Assembly (NCBI GenBank): GCA_045546275.1
Contig: JAZQCM010000042.1
Span: 70,146-134,145, forward strand
Source: Clostridia bacterium
Lineage (GTDB): Bacteria; Bacillota; Clostridia; UMGS1883
Direction of reading: 5' to 3'
Length of the DNA stretch: 64,000 bases
A program made the position numbers and the translations under genes. The notes beneath the pieces are model-generated. The model was not told the DNA's origin. It saw only the letters and a program-made list of their open reading frames with translations, and did not search any database. Position 1 is the first letter of the stretch; the number at the start of each line of letters is the position of its first letter. Positions 30,701 to 38,128 of this stretch are shown here, piece after piece.

Positions 30701-31649
30701 TGTAACATCAGTAAAGCATCAGGGAGATTATTTTAATTGTTGGGCATTTGCTGCAATTGGGTCATTGGAAAGTTGCTATCTTAAAGCTAATTTTGAGTCT
30801 ACCGATGGCGGAGAACTTGATGGTGCTGAAAATGGAATTTCTTTTGTTAATGATTCTCAAAAAATGGCGGTAAGTACAGAGTTACAATTAAATTTGAATT
30901 GTTACCCATATGACTTAAAAAATGATGTGGTTTATCGTAGTAGTAATCCAAGTGTTGCGTCTGTTGATACTGGCGGTAGAGTAACTGCAATAAAAAGCGG
31001 AACTGCGACGATTATAGCAGAGATAGATGGTGCTGGGTTATCAAGTGCTTGTGATATTACAGTTACATCAGGAACATCAGTAGAATCCGTATCGTTATCA
31101 GATGATTCAATAATTGTGCAAAATGGCAAGAGTATAATGCTAGATTATGAGGTGTATCCTGCTGATGCTGTAAATAAAAACGTTACGTGGTGCAGTAGTG
31201 ATGAAAAAGTCTTTACAGTTAATGAACTCGGAACCGTAACTATACTTTCTCCAGGCATAGCAACATTAACGGTAAAAACGGTTGATGGAGGTCATACGGA
31301 TATTTGTGATATTATTGTAAAAGGGAACACCCCTTGTGTACAAAAAGTGATTTCAAATAATATAACTAAATACCGAACTTTTATGCATGGAGACGTCATA
31401 ACACAAATTTGGAATTTGGAAAATGAGAAACAAGCAGTTGCTTTCATAGGTGTTTATGATGAAAATGGCAAGTTGGTTCATTTACAAAAAGATACTGTGG
31501 ATCTAGTAAACGGTAATAATCAAAAAAGTTTCACTTTAGATATCGATGGTATAAATAAAGATAAACCATATGATATAAAGATTTTCTTATGGGAGGGATT
31601 TGATACACTAATGCCTTTATGTAATCAGAATATAATAAATATTGATTAA
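24747..31649 (+). CDS. Giant secreted multidomain protein (2300 aa) with a split/permuted papain-like (C1) peptidase unit
   Basis: GTG start after AAAGGTGA, with a signal peptide ending ...VYA. By-eye domains: 2x PPC-like modules (DTYGY.Y...NDDGGES.NF), several Listeria-Bacteroides/InlB-B-type repeats (Y.ISY.ANGG.G...GY.F.GW), TIYYTTDGT.PT modules, BspA-type LRRs (IPNSVT.IG..AF..C), fn3-like and Big_2-like (ATVDSTGKITA..) domains, a C1 body with His (GGHAITIVGWNDDYD), a lectin-like region, an isolated Cys-helix segment (QGDYFNCWAFAAIGSLES) and a C-terminal beta-rich domain. Confidence 0.85.
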   Translation: MQNRIFCVILSILLLVSYVSNMNTLKVYAQDTQKSDEKEEIVQLFSNLDSSTMQNAKTLSTSTQTTTVVDIKTGGEYKCFKFTPSATATYVFESTGEFDTYGYLYDSSGVQIQSNDDGGESRNFKLTYQLTSGTTYYFRTRFYSASQTGVFDVYLRRNYVISYDSGGINSTMPPEQLVPYGDFTKICSEIPTTTDTQLGSTYTFANWKTNSITYKPNDEFYVTTNTTLLGKWTGGIVSEAYKYNLRYDVNGGSGTPPTEGTMSLILGGNGTKNLTSHIPIRFGYRFCGWEDSSGNLYLPNEEVHINFYTDLTAKWEESESISENTQATNNATISIGNTMRYYSFTPSTTGTYAFESVGSSDTYGYIYNSTGQQLAYNDDGGESANFRVTYKMTAGTKYYLAAKYYNSSKTGSFDVKLRRQYTISYNANGGSGAPMAQIKLYGDTLTLSSAVPTKEGYKFVGWATSSDATTASYASGGEFSSNGNCTLYAVWQSETLEPPTITTNNLVGGKQIIINCPGTTIYYTRDGNTPTTDSSNGQDSVYLFASSTQTIKAFAMKDGYQSDIVTKTVTVNKTASPTGSETSGKLELSCSDSGATIYYTTDGTTPTVSSTIYSSDIDVTNITTVKAIAVLSGNSNSNVYTWNKVSYTVTYDYATNGGTFATKTTDTVSAGETADLSVTATKNGWEFVGWNTNKYATAGLLSYTVNSNATLYAIYKKTYTANFYSGNNEFQEAKSVTIYNTRIQGTIVPPIQNEYEGWSPKDVWWSETETGSVTYHQSITMGEPGHAQDGVNLYAVYYRNIAVSYKSDDVEIKKEMIEQIYNSKTGKEKKTITLIDEPQKDGFIFEGWMLDGDLNQVYAAGEQIKIDDNCTLEAVWRSESIVANGTCGENATWELDNEGILTISGFGDMYDWDYESPWELYYDSITAINIEDGITSIGNNAFDTSWTSNGYQIKNAVIPNSVTKIGEDAFSGCRLLESVSLSNNLISIGEDAFGYCDSLKSITLPDSVESIDSGAFRSCKTLSSICLPINITNISWGMFDSCINLKSVTISGDIDSIEKMVFYGCTNLTDIYYWSTQDKWDKITIDKYGNDRLDSVNIHFSYTLPVISVSDILGGKKVEISCELENATIYYTTDGTPATTESYVYTDAFEIYDIGTTVIQAIAVVDGHSDSETVAEEVTVEIMPSPKTSYTSKSIAYNTGIVLSVNGDFENCIIYYTTDGTLPTSDSEVFDGKITIYDDVTINAVAIADGYATSEMSSFLYVVPKFTITYDANGGIGEPNDQTKRYGETIYISETSPIRTNFLFRGWSLNENGQIIAFKPGDPYQKEESNTLFASWVDISANIPSLSTSSATEITKNSAVLHGAIVDDGNSDVITKRFVYYEKDNPNAEYSVVADENFSATIDNLKSGTEYWYYAEASNIKGYANGNIVKFTTETDTSKISKFTITPSVTRLKKGKTLKLSTTILPSNADNKTIIWESENENIATVDSTGKITAVDYGTTVIKGITEVGRLVSKCNITVSDDVDEIDFSEWNMASNTSSASAVGWAIPLADLSMGGNIQRASGYLTRWSGPILEGTDTYPSDNKGRPLLETTGIKHVQEIIFIPKRKTALDNDTIKQMIMQYGAVHSSYNSSSQYYSDGKKTYYTPIEKPAKSGGHAITIVGWNDDYDKSNFVITPEGNGAFICKNSYGEATGENGYFYISYYDKSLAIKSMSAVYCNPEEVDNYNSVYQYDPLGPLTSISGSSEFSYCANVFPEKGKTTQSNELLTAVSFYTHTQGMKYDIFIIPDYTDSTDFLNMKDPVLSGTMKYAGYHTVDLKEAISIEKGKRFAVVVKLTSIGGDARQYVEKPLSYAKAKANEDESYFSYDGKLWEDLHKKAENTNACIKAFTKNLNTLSLEQNGLTDVIDNANRPYVSDKVYTVEECLASGDILSQEYIDYCSQMELFSDNGDTEATAEIPNSIEVDNDATYLDGSDLPAKYDLRDYGFVTSVKHQGDYFNCWAFAAIGSLESCYLKANFESTDGGELDGAENGISFVNDSQKMAVSTELQLNLNCYPYDLKNDVVYRSSNPSVASVDTGGRVTAIKSGTATIIAEIDGAGLSSACDITVTSGTSVESVSLSDDSIIVQNGKSIMLDYEVYPADAVNKNVTWCSSDEKVFTVNELGTVTILSPGIATLTVKTVDGGHTDICDIIVKGNTPCVQKVISNNITKYRTFMHGDVITQIWNLENEKQAVAFIGVYDENGKLVHLQKDTVDLVNGNNQKSFTLDIDGINKDKPYDIKIFLWEGFDTLMPLCNQNIINID

Positions 31650-31677
31650 TTTAACTTTTAAGAAGGAAGGAGTACTT

Positions 31678-34600
31678 ATGAATTTTAAAAGAGTAATTGC
31701 ATTGTTGTTAGCAGTAATGTTTGTGCTACAGGGAATACCAACTTTTGCTAATGAAACAGAAGGTGAAATGATCGATGAGAGCGTAATTTCTTCTGTTGGA
31801 GAAATTGAAGACCTTGAAGATGAATTAGATGGTTCAGAAAACATTATTACGGATATAGAACCGGAAGGAACGCTATATGTTGATGATATCGAAATTTCTG
31901 ATGATTTAGATGGTGGAGATACAGATTGGCTATTTGAAACAGAGGACGCTGTCAATGAATTAGAAGCTTCAATTATACCCGATGATATTTCTTTTGAAGA
32001 AATAACCGAAGATGAGTTAGATGGTGCTCTGGAAGAAGTTTTCGACACAACGCTTTCGGATGCTACAGGGGAACAAGTTGTTGAAGGTGAAGAAGTTGAA
32101 GAAGTTTCTACCGAAGACGAGGGCTTAGATGGAGGTTCTGCTCCAACGGGCTACAGTATGAGCATAGAAAGCACTAAAGTAAAGGTTGGCAATTCGCTAA
32201 GCATTTCATTTAATATTAGGAATGCTAACTATGCGACATTATACTGTGTTTGTGGAAGTAGCACATATACATATAGAGTTTATTCCGGAACCTATAGATT
32301 AACTTTTGGTTTGCCAGGAACATGGAGATTATATTTAAAAACCTACAATAACTATGGCTCTTTCAATGGGTACTATAATAGCCGTGGTTCACTATATGTA
32401 AATGCCGGATATGCTCCTACAGGGTACAACATGAGTATCAGTAAGACATCTTCTAAAGTAAATCAACCAATATACTTATATATTGATTATAAAAATGCGG
32501 ACTATTATTACCTAGTAATACTTAAAGATGGAAAACAATATTACAATGGTAATCATGGAAAGTCAACAGGAATTACGTTTAGACCAAATCAACCTGGTAC
32601 ATATAAATTCTATTTAAAATCGTATAATTCGTATGGGTCATATGACGGTTCGAGATATTCCGGAAAAACATTGGCCTGTTATGTCACAGGAAATGCTCCT
32701 ACGGCATATTCCCTCAGTGCAAATAGTTCGAGTGTAAATATAGGTTCAAAATTGAATTTTAGTATATCTAATTGGGGTGGTGCTACGTCTGCAAAAATTG
32801 TAATTACAAGAGATAGTACAGTTGTAGCAACAGGATCAATAACAGATGCTTATAATGGATTTTCATTTACACCAGATAAAGCTGGATCGTATAAATGCTA
32901 TATGATTACATATAATTCATACGGCAGTTACAACGGATTATATAATGGTCGAGTCGTTTATTTTAAAGCGAATGGTGCTCCTGCTGCATACGACATAAGA
33001 ATAAATAAAAGTTCAATAAAGGCTGGTGAAAAAGTCACTTTAATAATTGACCCTAAAAATGCTTCATATTATTACCTAGTAATATTAAAGAATGGTACAC
33101 AATGTTATAAACAATACCATGGTTTAGCACGAGGAATTGATGTAACTTTAAATGCTACCGGAACATATAAATTCTATTTGATAACGTACAATAGTAGCGG
33201 AAGTTATAATGGACAGAACAGCAGGTACGTAACATGTTCAGTATCTGCAGCGAACACACTATTTACAATAGGAAAGGACAATTATAGATTTACTAATAGT
33301 GGAAGTGTTTTGGGATACTCTGACAATGAAAAAATCTCATTATCTGCTTATCAGTCAGTATTTGGTTCATGGAGTGGGTACTTAAAATGGCTTTCAGCAG
33401 ATTCGTGGGGTGGGTCGTGTTTTGGATTTGCTTCATCTTCTGCTTTGATGCACAAAGGAAATATAAGTTATAAAAAATACAATTCATCAGCTAATTGTAC
33501 ATACGACTTATCAAATACAAGCAGTGTAATAAATTTATTGGAACGTTATCAGTTATCACAAGATTTAACAAAGGTTTCTAATGAAGAATATAGATACACA
33601 AACAAGTATGCATCAATAATAAATGCTGTACAATCATATCAGAATGGGTCAAAAGATCCTGTCATTATAGGTATATATCGAAATGGCGGTGGTCATGCAG
33701 TGGTTGGTAGGTATGTAACAAAAGACTCTTCCGGTAATTATAGAATATACGTATCTGATAATAATAAGCCAACAAACAATAATCTGTACATTACAATCTA
33801 TAAAAATTTGAATGGTTTTTATTATAATAATGGTTCAAGGGTTTATTCTAAGGATATATCAATGAATTATGCATCTACTATATTTAATGCGATGCCAAGC
33901 GCTGCAAAGTATTCGTTAGACGGAACAGAAAACAGTACAAATGAAGAAGTAGAACAGATTACAATTGCTTTAGATGCTGATGAATTTGATATTGTTAATA
34001 GTAGTGGTACACCGTTTGAAGAAATTGAAAATGCTTATGAAAAGAAATCATATGATGATATTACATTATCTAAAAGAATTTTTGTTCTGCCCAAAGATGA
34101 ATACACTATTACATTTAAAAATTATGAAGAAAAAGAAACAAATTGTTTGATAGACGACGGCAATGAATTTTTAGGTGTACGTTCGGTAACCAAAGAAGGT
34201 GCTTTGTATGTGGGAACAGAAGCAACAGTTGGTAAAATACGTTGTATTATGAGTCTTCCTGTTGAATCAACCATTGTAACCGAATATTTGAATGCTTCTG
34301 AACAATTGCAACAGTTTGAAATTAATGGAAAATATCTCAATTTAGGTGTTTCATCAAATGGCGATGTTATCGTAAATACAGATGTTAATACTATAAAACA
34401 AAATGGTGTTAATGTAGACTTATCATCATTTGAAGAAGATGACGAAGGCGGTTTGGATGGTGCAAGCGGAAGTTTTTCAGGAACAACACTTTCAAACAAT
34501 TTGGATGGATTAGATGGATTTGATGGTTCAGCTTCAACAAGTTTATCTATGATTTTAAGAGATAATACTATCTCAAGAGAAAACGGAACGATTAAAGGCA

Positions 34601-34851
34601 AGTTAGGTATTGCTATAAAAAATGACCTCGGATATATGATTGAAGGTAAAGCATATATTGCTGCTTATGACTCTTCAGGCAAATTACTAACTGTTAACAC
34701 AGATGAATTTGTTGCTGGTAAGGATGTAAGCTATTTTACATTGGATATACCAGATACAGAAATACTTACAACCGATACAATAACAATAAAAGTATTCTTA
34801 TGGGATGAAGATATGTCACCTATGTCAAATGCACTTGTGACATCTATATAA
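31678..34851 (+). CDS. Secreted repeat protein (1057 aa) with putative papain-fold Cys/His domain
   Basis: RBS GAAGGAAGGAG, then ATG at 31678 and the signal peptide MNFKRVIALLLAVMFVLQGIPTFA. Acidic linker, four ~92-aa tandem repeats (32140-33255), then WGGSCFGFASSS (Cys codon 33418-33420) and GGGHAVVG (His codon 33694-33696). Its C-terminal domain is similar to that of the 2300-aa protein. Confidence 0.8.
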   Translation: MNFKRVIALLLAVMFVLQGIPTFANETEGEMIDESVISSVGEIEDLEDELDGSENIITDIEPEGTLYVDDIEISDDLDGGDTDWLFETEDAVNELEASIIPDDISFEEITEDELDGALEEVFDTTLSDATGEQVVEGEEVEEVSTEDEGLDGGSAPTGYSMSIESTKVKVGNSLSISFNIRNANYATLYCVCGSSTYTYRVYSGTYRLTFGLPGTWRLYLKTYNNYGSFNGYYNSRGSLYVNAGYAPTGYNMSISKTSSKVNQPIYLYIDYKNADYYYLVILKDGKQYYNGNHGKSTGITFRPNQPGTYKFYLKSYNSYGSYDGSRYSGKTLACYVTGNAPTAYSLSANSSSVNIGSKLNFSISNWGGATSAKIVITRDSTVVATGSITDAYNGFSFTPDKAGSYKCYMITYNSYGSYNGLYNGRVVYFKANGAPAAYDIRINKSSIKAGEKVTLIIDPKNASYYYLVILKNGTQCYKQYHGLARGIDVTLNATGTYKFYLITYNSSGSYNGQNSRYVTCSVSAANTLFTIGKDNYRFTNSGSVLGYSDNEKISLSAYQSVFGSWSGYLKWLSADSWGGSCFGFASSSALMHKGNISYKKYNSSANCTYDLSNTSSVINLLERYQLSQDLTKVSNEEYRYTNKYASIINAVQSYQNGSKDPVIIGIYRNGGGHAVVGRYVTKDSSGNYRIYVSDNNKPTNNNLYITIYKNLNGFYYNNGSRVYSKDISMNYASTIFNAMPSAAKYSLDGTENSTNEEVEQITIALDADEFDIVNSSGTPFEEIENAYEKKSYDDITLSKRIFVLPKDEYTITFKNYEEKETNCLIDDGNEFLGVRSVTKEGALYVGTEATVGKIRCIMSLPVESTIVTEYLNASEQLQQFEINGKYLNLGVSSNGDVIVNTDVNTIKQNGVNVDLSSFEEDDEGGLDGASGSFSGTTLSNNLDGLDGFDGSASTSLSMILRDNTISRENGTIKGKLGIAIKNDLGYMIEGKAYIAAYDSSGKLLTVNTDEFVAGKDVSYFTLDIPDTEILTTDTITIKVFLWDEDMSPMSNALVTSI

Positions 34852-34884
34852 TTAAATACTTTGTGTCTACATAAATAATTCGTG

Positions 34885-34920
34885 CAGCGACTTTGATATA
34901 TTCGAAGTCGCTGTTTTGTT
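34885..34920 (+). terminator. Intrinsic terminator
   Basis: CAGCGACTT (34885-34893) / AAGTCGCTG (34905-34913), followed by TTTTGTTTG. Confidence 0.65.
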
Positions 34921-35248
34921 TGTGGTGGGGAAACCGCAAGATCAAACCCACGCTAACCCCCGGAAAACGCTGTCGCAAGATGGGAGCCCAAAGCTAAAAC
35001 AGCAAGGAAATCAACGCCAAAAGAGATGCGGAAAAGTTTTGCTAAAATGGAATGTAGGGGGAGGTGTAGAGGTTCCATTATTGCAACAGAGAATAGGGAG
35101 AATAGTATAAACGAGCAGTCTTATGACGATTATTTTATTCATTTTTTTAGTAAAAATAGCTTATGGATATTGAGGCTGAAAGCTATATCAAACAGAGGAT
35201 AGCGACGATATCCATATAGCAAATGACCTGATAATGGTGGTGTAGGTG

Positions 35249-35494
35249 TCGCCTCCACCATTCATTTTCACGGAAAATGTGAAATTATAAGAATACACCG
35301 TAATTACAAGTTTTTTGTGATTGCGGTGTATATATTTTTGTCAAAAAAAGGGAGTGAAACTGCTAAAATAGCAGTTTTTTGTTATATAACCGTAACCAAC
35401 CCGAGTCAATAGTGCGAAAAAGTTTGTAATTAAGGGGAATTTACAGAACGTAAAAAACTTTGTTTTTGAGAGCGAAACCAGCTGATTTTGCGTC
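35249..35494 (+). repeat. ssrA 3'-end repeat copy 3 (type-A flank)
   Basis: Near-identical to 16727-16972, with a few substitutions only. Confidence 0.85.
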
Positions 35495-35683
35495 AATTCT
35501 ACAGGATGTTATTCCTATGGTGGAGGGTGAGTGCGAGAAATCAAGTCTTAATTTGTTGGTGAGAATAATAACAATTTGTATCAATAATGTTGAAAAACTA
35601 CCAAATTAATGTATAGTGAAAATAGGAAAGTTAAATTTGTTTTGACTTCATTGAATTATAATTAGAGTTAAGGAGAGATTGTT

Positions 35684-36313
35684 ATGGCTCAAGTTTGTAG
35701 TAAATGTGGTAAAAAAATAGGAATGTTTTCGAATAACCCTTTAAATTTATTTGACGAACGAGTTTTGTGCTATGAGTGTGCAGAACCAATCGCAAACAAA
35801 TTAGACTCTTTGTATTATTTAAAAAGTCAGCAACAATTTGAAGAAGAAAAAGAGAAGATTTTAAATGAGTGTAACCAACTTTATGATGAGCAGATTACTA
35901 ATGATATAGAAAAGCGTATTGAACAAATTTCAGGATGTGTTTCATTTGATGAGGTCGCAGTGCAACGTAAAAATTTTTTGGATAACTATATGCTAACAAC
36001 GGGATTTGAGTTTAGTGGCTATACTATAAAAAAATATATGGGTGTAATAAGTGGTCAGGTTGTTTTAGGTACAGGATTCTTATCTGAATTTACGGCATCT
36101 TTTGCAGATTTTTTTGGTGAAGAATCTAATAAATTTGCAAACAAATTAGAAACCGCTAAAAATGCGGCATTGGAAAGATTGATTGAAAAATCAGAGGGAA
36201 AAGGTGGAAATGCAGTTATAGGTGTAGACTTTGACTACATAACATTTCACGGCAACATGATTGGAGTTATTGCAAACGGAACGAGTGTCATTGTGGAAGA
36301 GATTATAGATTAA
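35684..36313 (+). CDS. Zinc-ribbon protein with C-terminal YbjQ (UPF0145) domain
   Basis: RBS AAGGAGAG. N-terminal CSKCGKK...CYECAEP (CxxC...CxxC). The C-terminal ~105 aa (YMLTTGFEFSGYTIKKYMGVISGQVVLGTG...ALERLIEKSEGKGGNAVIGVDFDY...VIANGTSVIVEE) match the YbjQ_1 'heavy-metal-binding' fold family. Confidence 0.75.
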   Translation: MAQVCSKCGKKIGMFSNNPLNLFDERVLCYECAEPIANKLDSLYYLKSQQQFEEEKEKILNECNQLYDEQITNDIEKRIEQISGCVSFDEVAVQRKNFLDNYMLTTGFEFSGYTIKKYMGVISGQVVLGTGFLSEFTASFADFFGEESNKFANKLETAKNAALERLIEKSEGKGGNAVIGVDFDYITFHGNMIGVIANGTSVIVEEIID

Positions 36314-36422
36314 CATCATTATCACAACGATGAAGGATGTGCCCAGATAATGAATGGATGTGTGCATGTTTCCTGTTGAAAAAATAGGGGTATGTAATGT
36401 ATAATTTTTATGAGGTGATCAC

Positions 36423-37604
36423 ATGAAACCAATACTTCTACTTGATGCAAATATTTTTGGAACGATACCCTATGAAGACTTAAAAGAATTTATACAAAAA
36501 AGTCAAAACTTTTTAACGGACGATGTAGTTAAAGAGTTATTGGAAGGACAACGCAAACATGCAAATCATGATGAGTTTTCAAAAAAACTTAATTTAGTAT
36601 TTAATGAACAAAATGGACTAAAGAATGAATTTGCTTTACTTGTTTCGCATGTTCCGATTGATTTAGAAGATGTGATTGAAAATACAAAAAAGACATATGA
36701 TTTGAAGAGAAATCCAAATATTTGTAGTGCACATCATTTATGGCTGCGTTCAATTATATGCCCTACGTTAATATCTAATATGAATAGGACTGTAAACAGT
36801 CTTCTAACATGGCAATTAAGAAATGAAGAAGTAGATTATAATAATTCTAACTGGCAAAATATAAAGAATAAAGTAAAATTAAGCGAAATAAAAAAGGCGG
36901 ATCCCTATTTTTGCGATTCAAATGTTAAAGCAAAAAGACTCTTTAAGACATGGAACAAAAGAGATGTTGATATACGAGATGGGAAATATAAAGTATCCGA
37001 CAGTAGACTAATTGCCCATGCTATGGATTTAATGTTTGCTTATGGAATATCTGTCAATATTCTCACGGGTGATTATGATGTAATAGATCTTCAGAAGAAC
37101 TTGTTTGAATCTTTTATAGATAGTTATGCGATTTATGAAGTGTTGAAAAAGAAACTTAAATATGAAAAATTAACATCAAAACGCGAGACTATAATTGTAC
37201 CTATTGATGAGTTTAAAGATGTTTATGATGAGAGTGTAGAAAAAGCAGAAAAAACAAAAGAATGCATTAAATTAATTGTATGGTTTTACAATAGAGATAC
37301 ACGAACATATGAACTTTCTGAAAATTATCTTCCTAAATGGCTACATGAATTTGCAAAAAACTATAAAGGAAATATAGACTGTTATGCATTGAGAAAAGAA
37401 CAGTATGGACAGTATTATATTCAGTATGTTTGGGAACCACAATATGAAGAAGGAAATATTAAATTCACGGTTTGGAGAAGAGACACAAACGGAATTGCAG
37501 ATGTAATGCAACCTTTAAAGTGTAAGATTATGTGCACATATGAAATGGAAGAGATTAACAATCCAAACAACATGGGTGGGTTCATTAAATCAATAGAGAG
37601 TTGA
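36423..37604 (+). CDS. PIN-like nuclease-domain protein with C-terminal extension (tentative)
   Basis: N-terminal ILLLDANIF (Asp codon 36444-36446), VVKELLEG, and later SDSRLIAHAMDL...VNILTGDYDVIDL. These resemble the four acidic positions of PIN domains, but with a long insertion. The ~170-aa C-terminal region has no match I recognise. Confidence 0.45.
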   Translation: MKPILLLDANIFGTIPYEDLKEFIQKSQNFLTDDVVKELLEGQRKHANHDEFSKKLNLVFNEQNGLKNEFALLVSHVPIDLEDVIENTKKTYDLKRNPNICSAHHLWLRSIICPTLISNMNRTVNSLLTWQLRNEEVDYNNSNWQNIKNKVKLSEIKKADPYFCDSNVKAKRLFKTWNKRDVDIRDGKYKVSDSRLIAHAMDLMFAYGISVNILTGDYDVIDLQKNLFESFIDSYAIYEVLKKKLKYEKLTSKRETIIVPIDEFKDVYDESVEKAEKTKECIKLIVWFYNRDTRTYELSENYLPKWLHEFAKNYKGNIDCYALRKEQYGQYYIQYVWEPQYEEGNIKFTVWRRDTNGIADVMQPLKCKIMCTYEMEEINNPNNMGGFIKSIES

Positions 37605-37737
37605 CAAATAGTGAATGGTTCAGTTGCGATGGGGAAAACAAACTTTATTTATTCCCGAATAAAGTTATTTACAATCCTTGTTTTGATTATTTACAACAAA
37701 ACAACTTTGCCGTGACGCAATAGCCAACAGTTACACG

Positions 37738-37917
37738 TCGCCTCCACCATTCATTTTCACGGAAAATGTGAAATTATAAGAATACACCTTATAGCAAGGT
37801 TTGCCTTGCCATAAGGTGTATTTTTTCGTTTAAGCCAGTATCGGCAAAAATCGCAAACTTTTTGAATTTTTGTAAAATTACAAGTCGGGGATAGGAAGGA
37901 TGTAGTCGGTAAAATAG
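37738..37917 (+). repeat. ssrA 3'-end repeat copy 4 (type-B flank)
   Basis: Matches 22988-23165. It is preceded by a ~100-nt left arm (37637-37737) homologous to 43403-43503. Confidence 0.85.
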
Positions 37918-38128
37918 GTGCGAGTCTGTTTTGGGCAGTATCGTAAAACTTTTTTTGTGAAAAAATTTGATGGGGTAGGATGGTAAGGGTAGCCTTTGGC
38001 GAATGGGTGCAAGTACCTTTCAGGCTCAATATCCATAAGTAGTGTGCAGAAATGGAAGTGTTCGGAGGGTGTATGTGAACCCGCGGAAATCTATTGAAAA
38101 AGAATAGAATTGGTGTATAATTGAATAA

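Larger units (their letters stand above)
23000..35248. mobile_element. ssrA-flanked accessory module B (three secreted peptidase-domain proteins); no recombinase recognised
   Basis: Bounded by tmRNA-end copies at 22988 and 35249. Very A+T-rich. Confidence 0.5.
35261..37737. mobile_element. ssrA-flanked accessory module C (ZnR-YbjQ protein and PIN-like protein)
   Basis: Bounded by tmRNA-end copies at 35249 and 37738. Confidence 0.5.
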
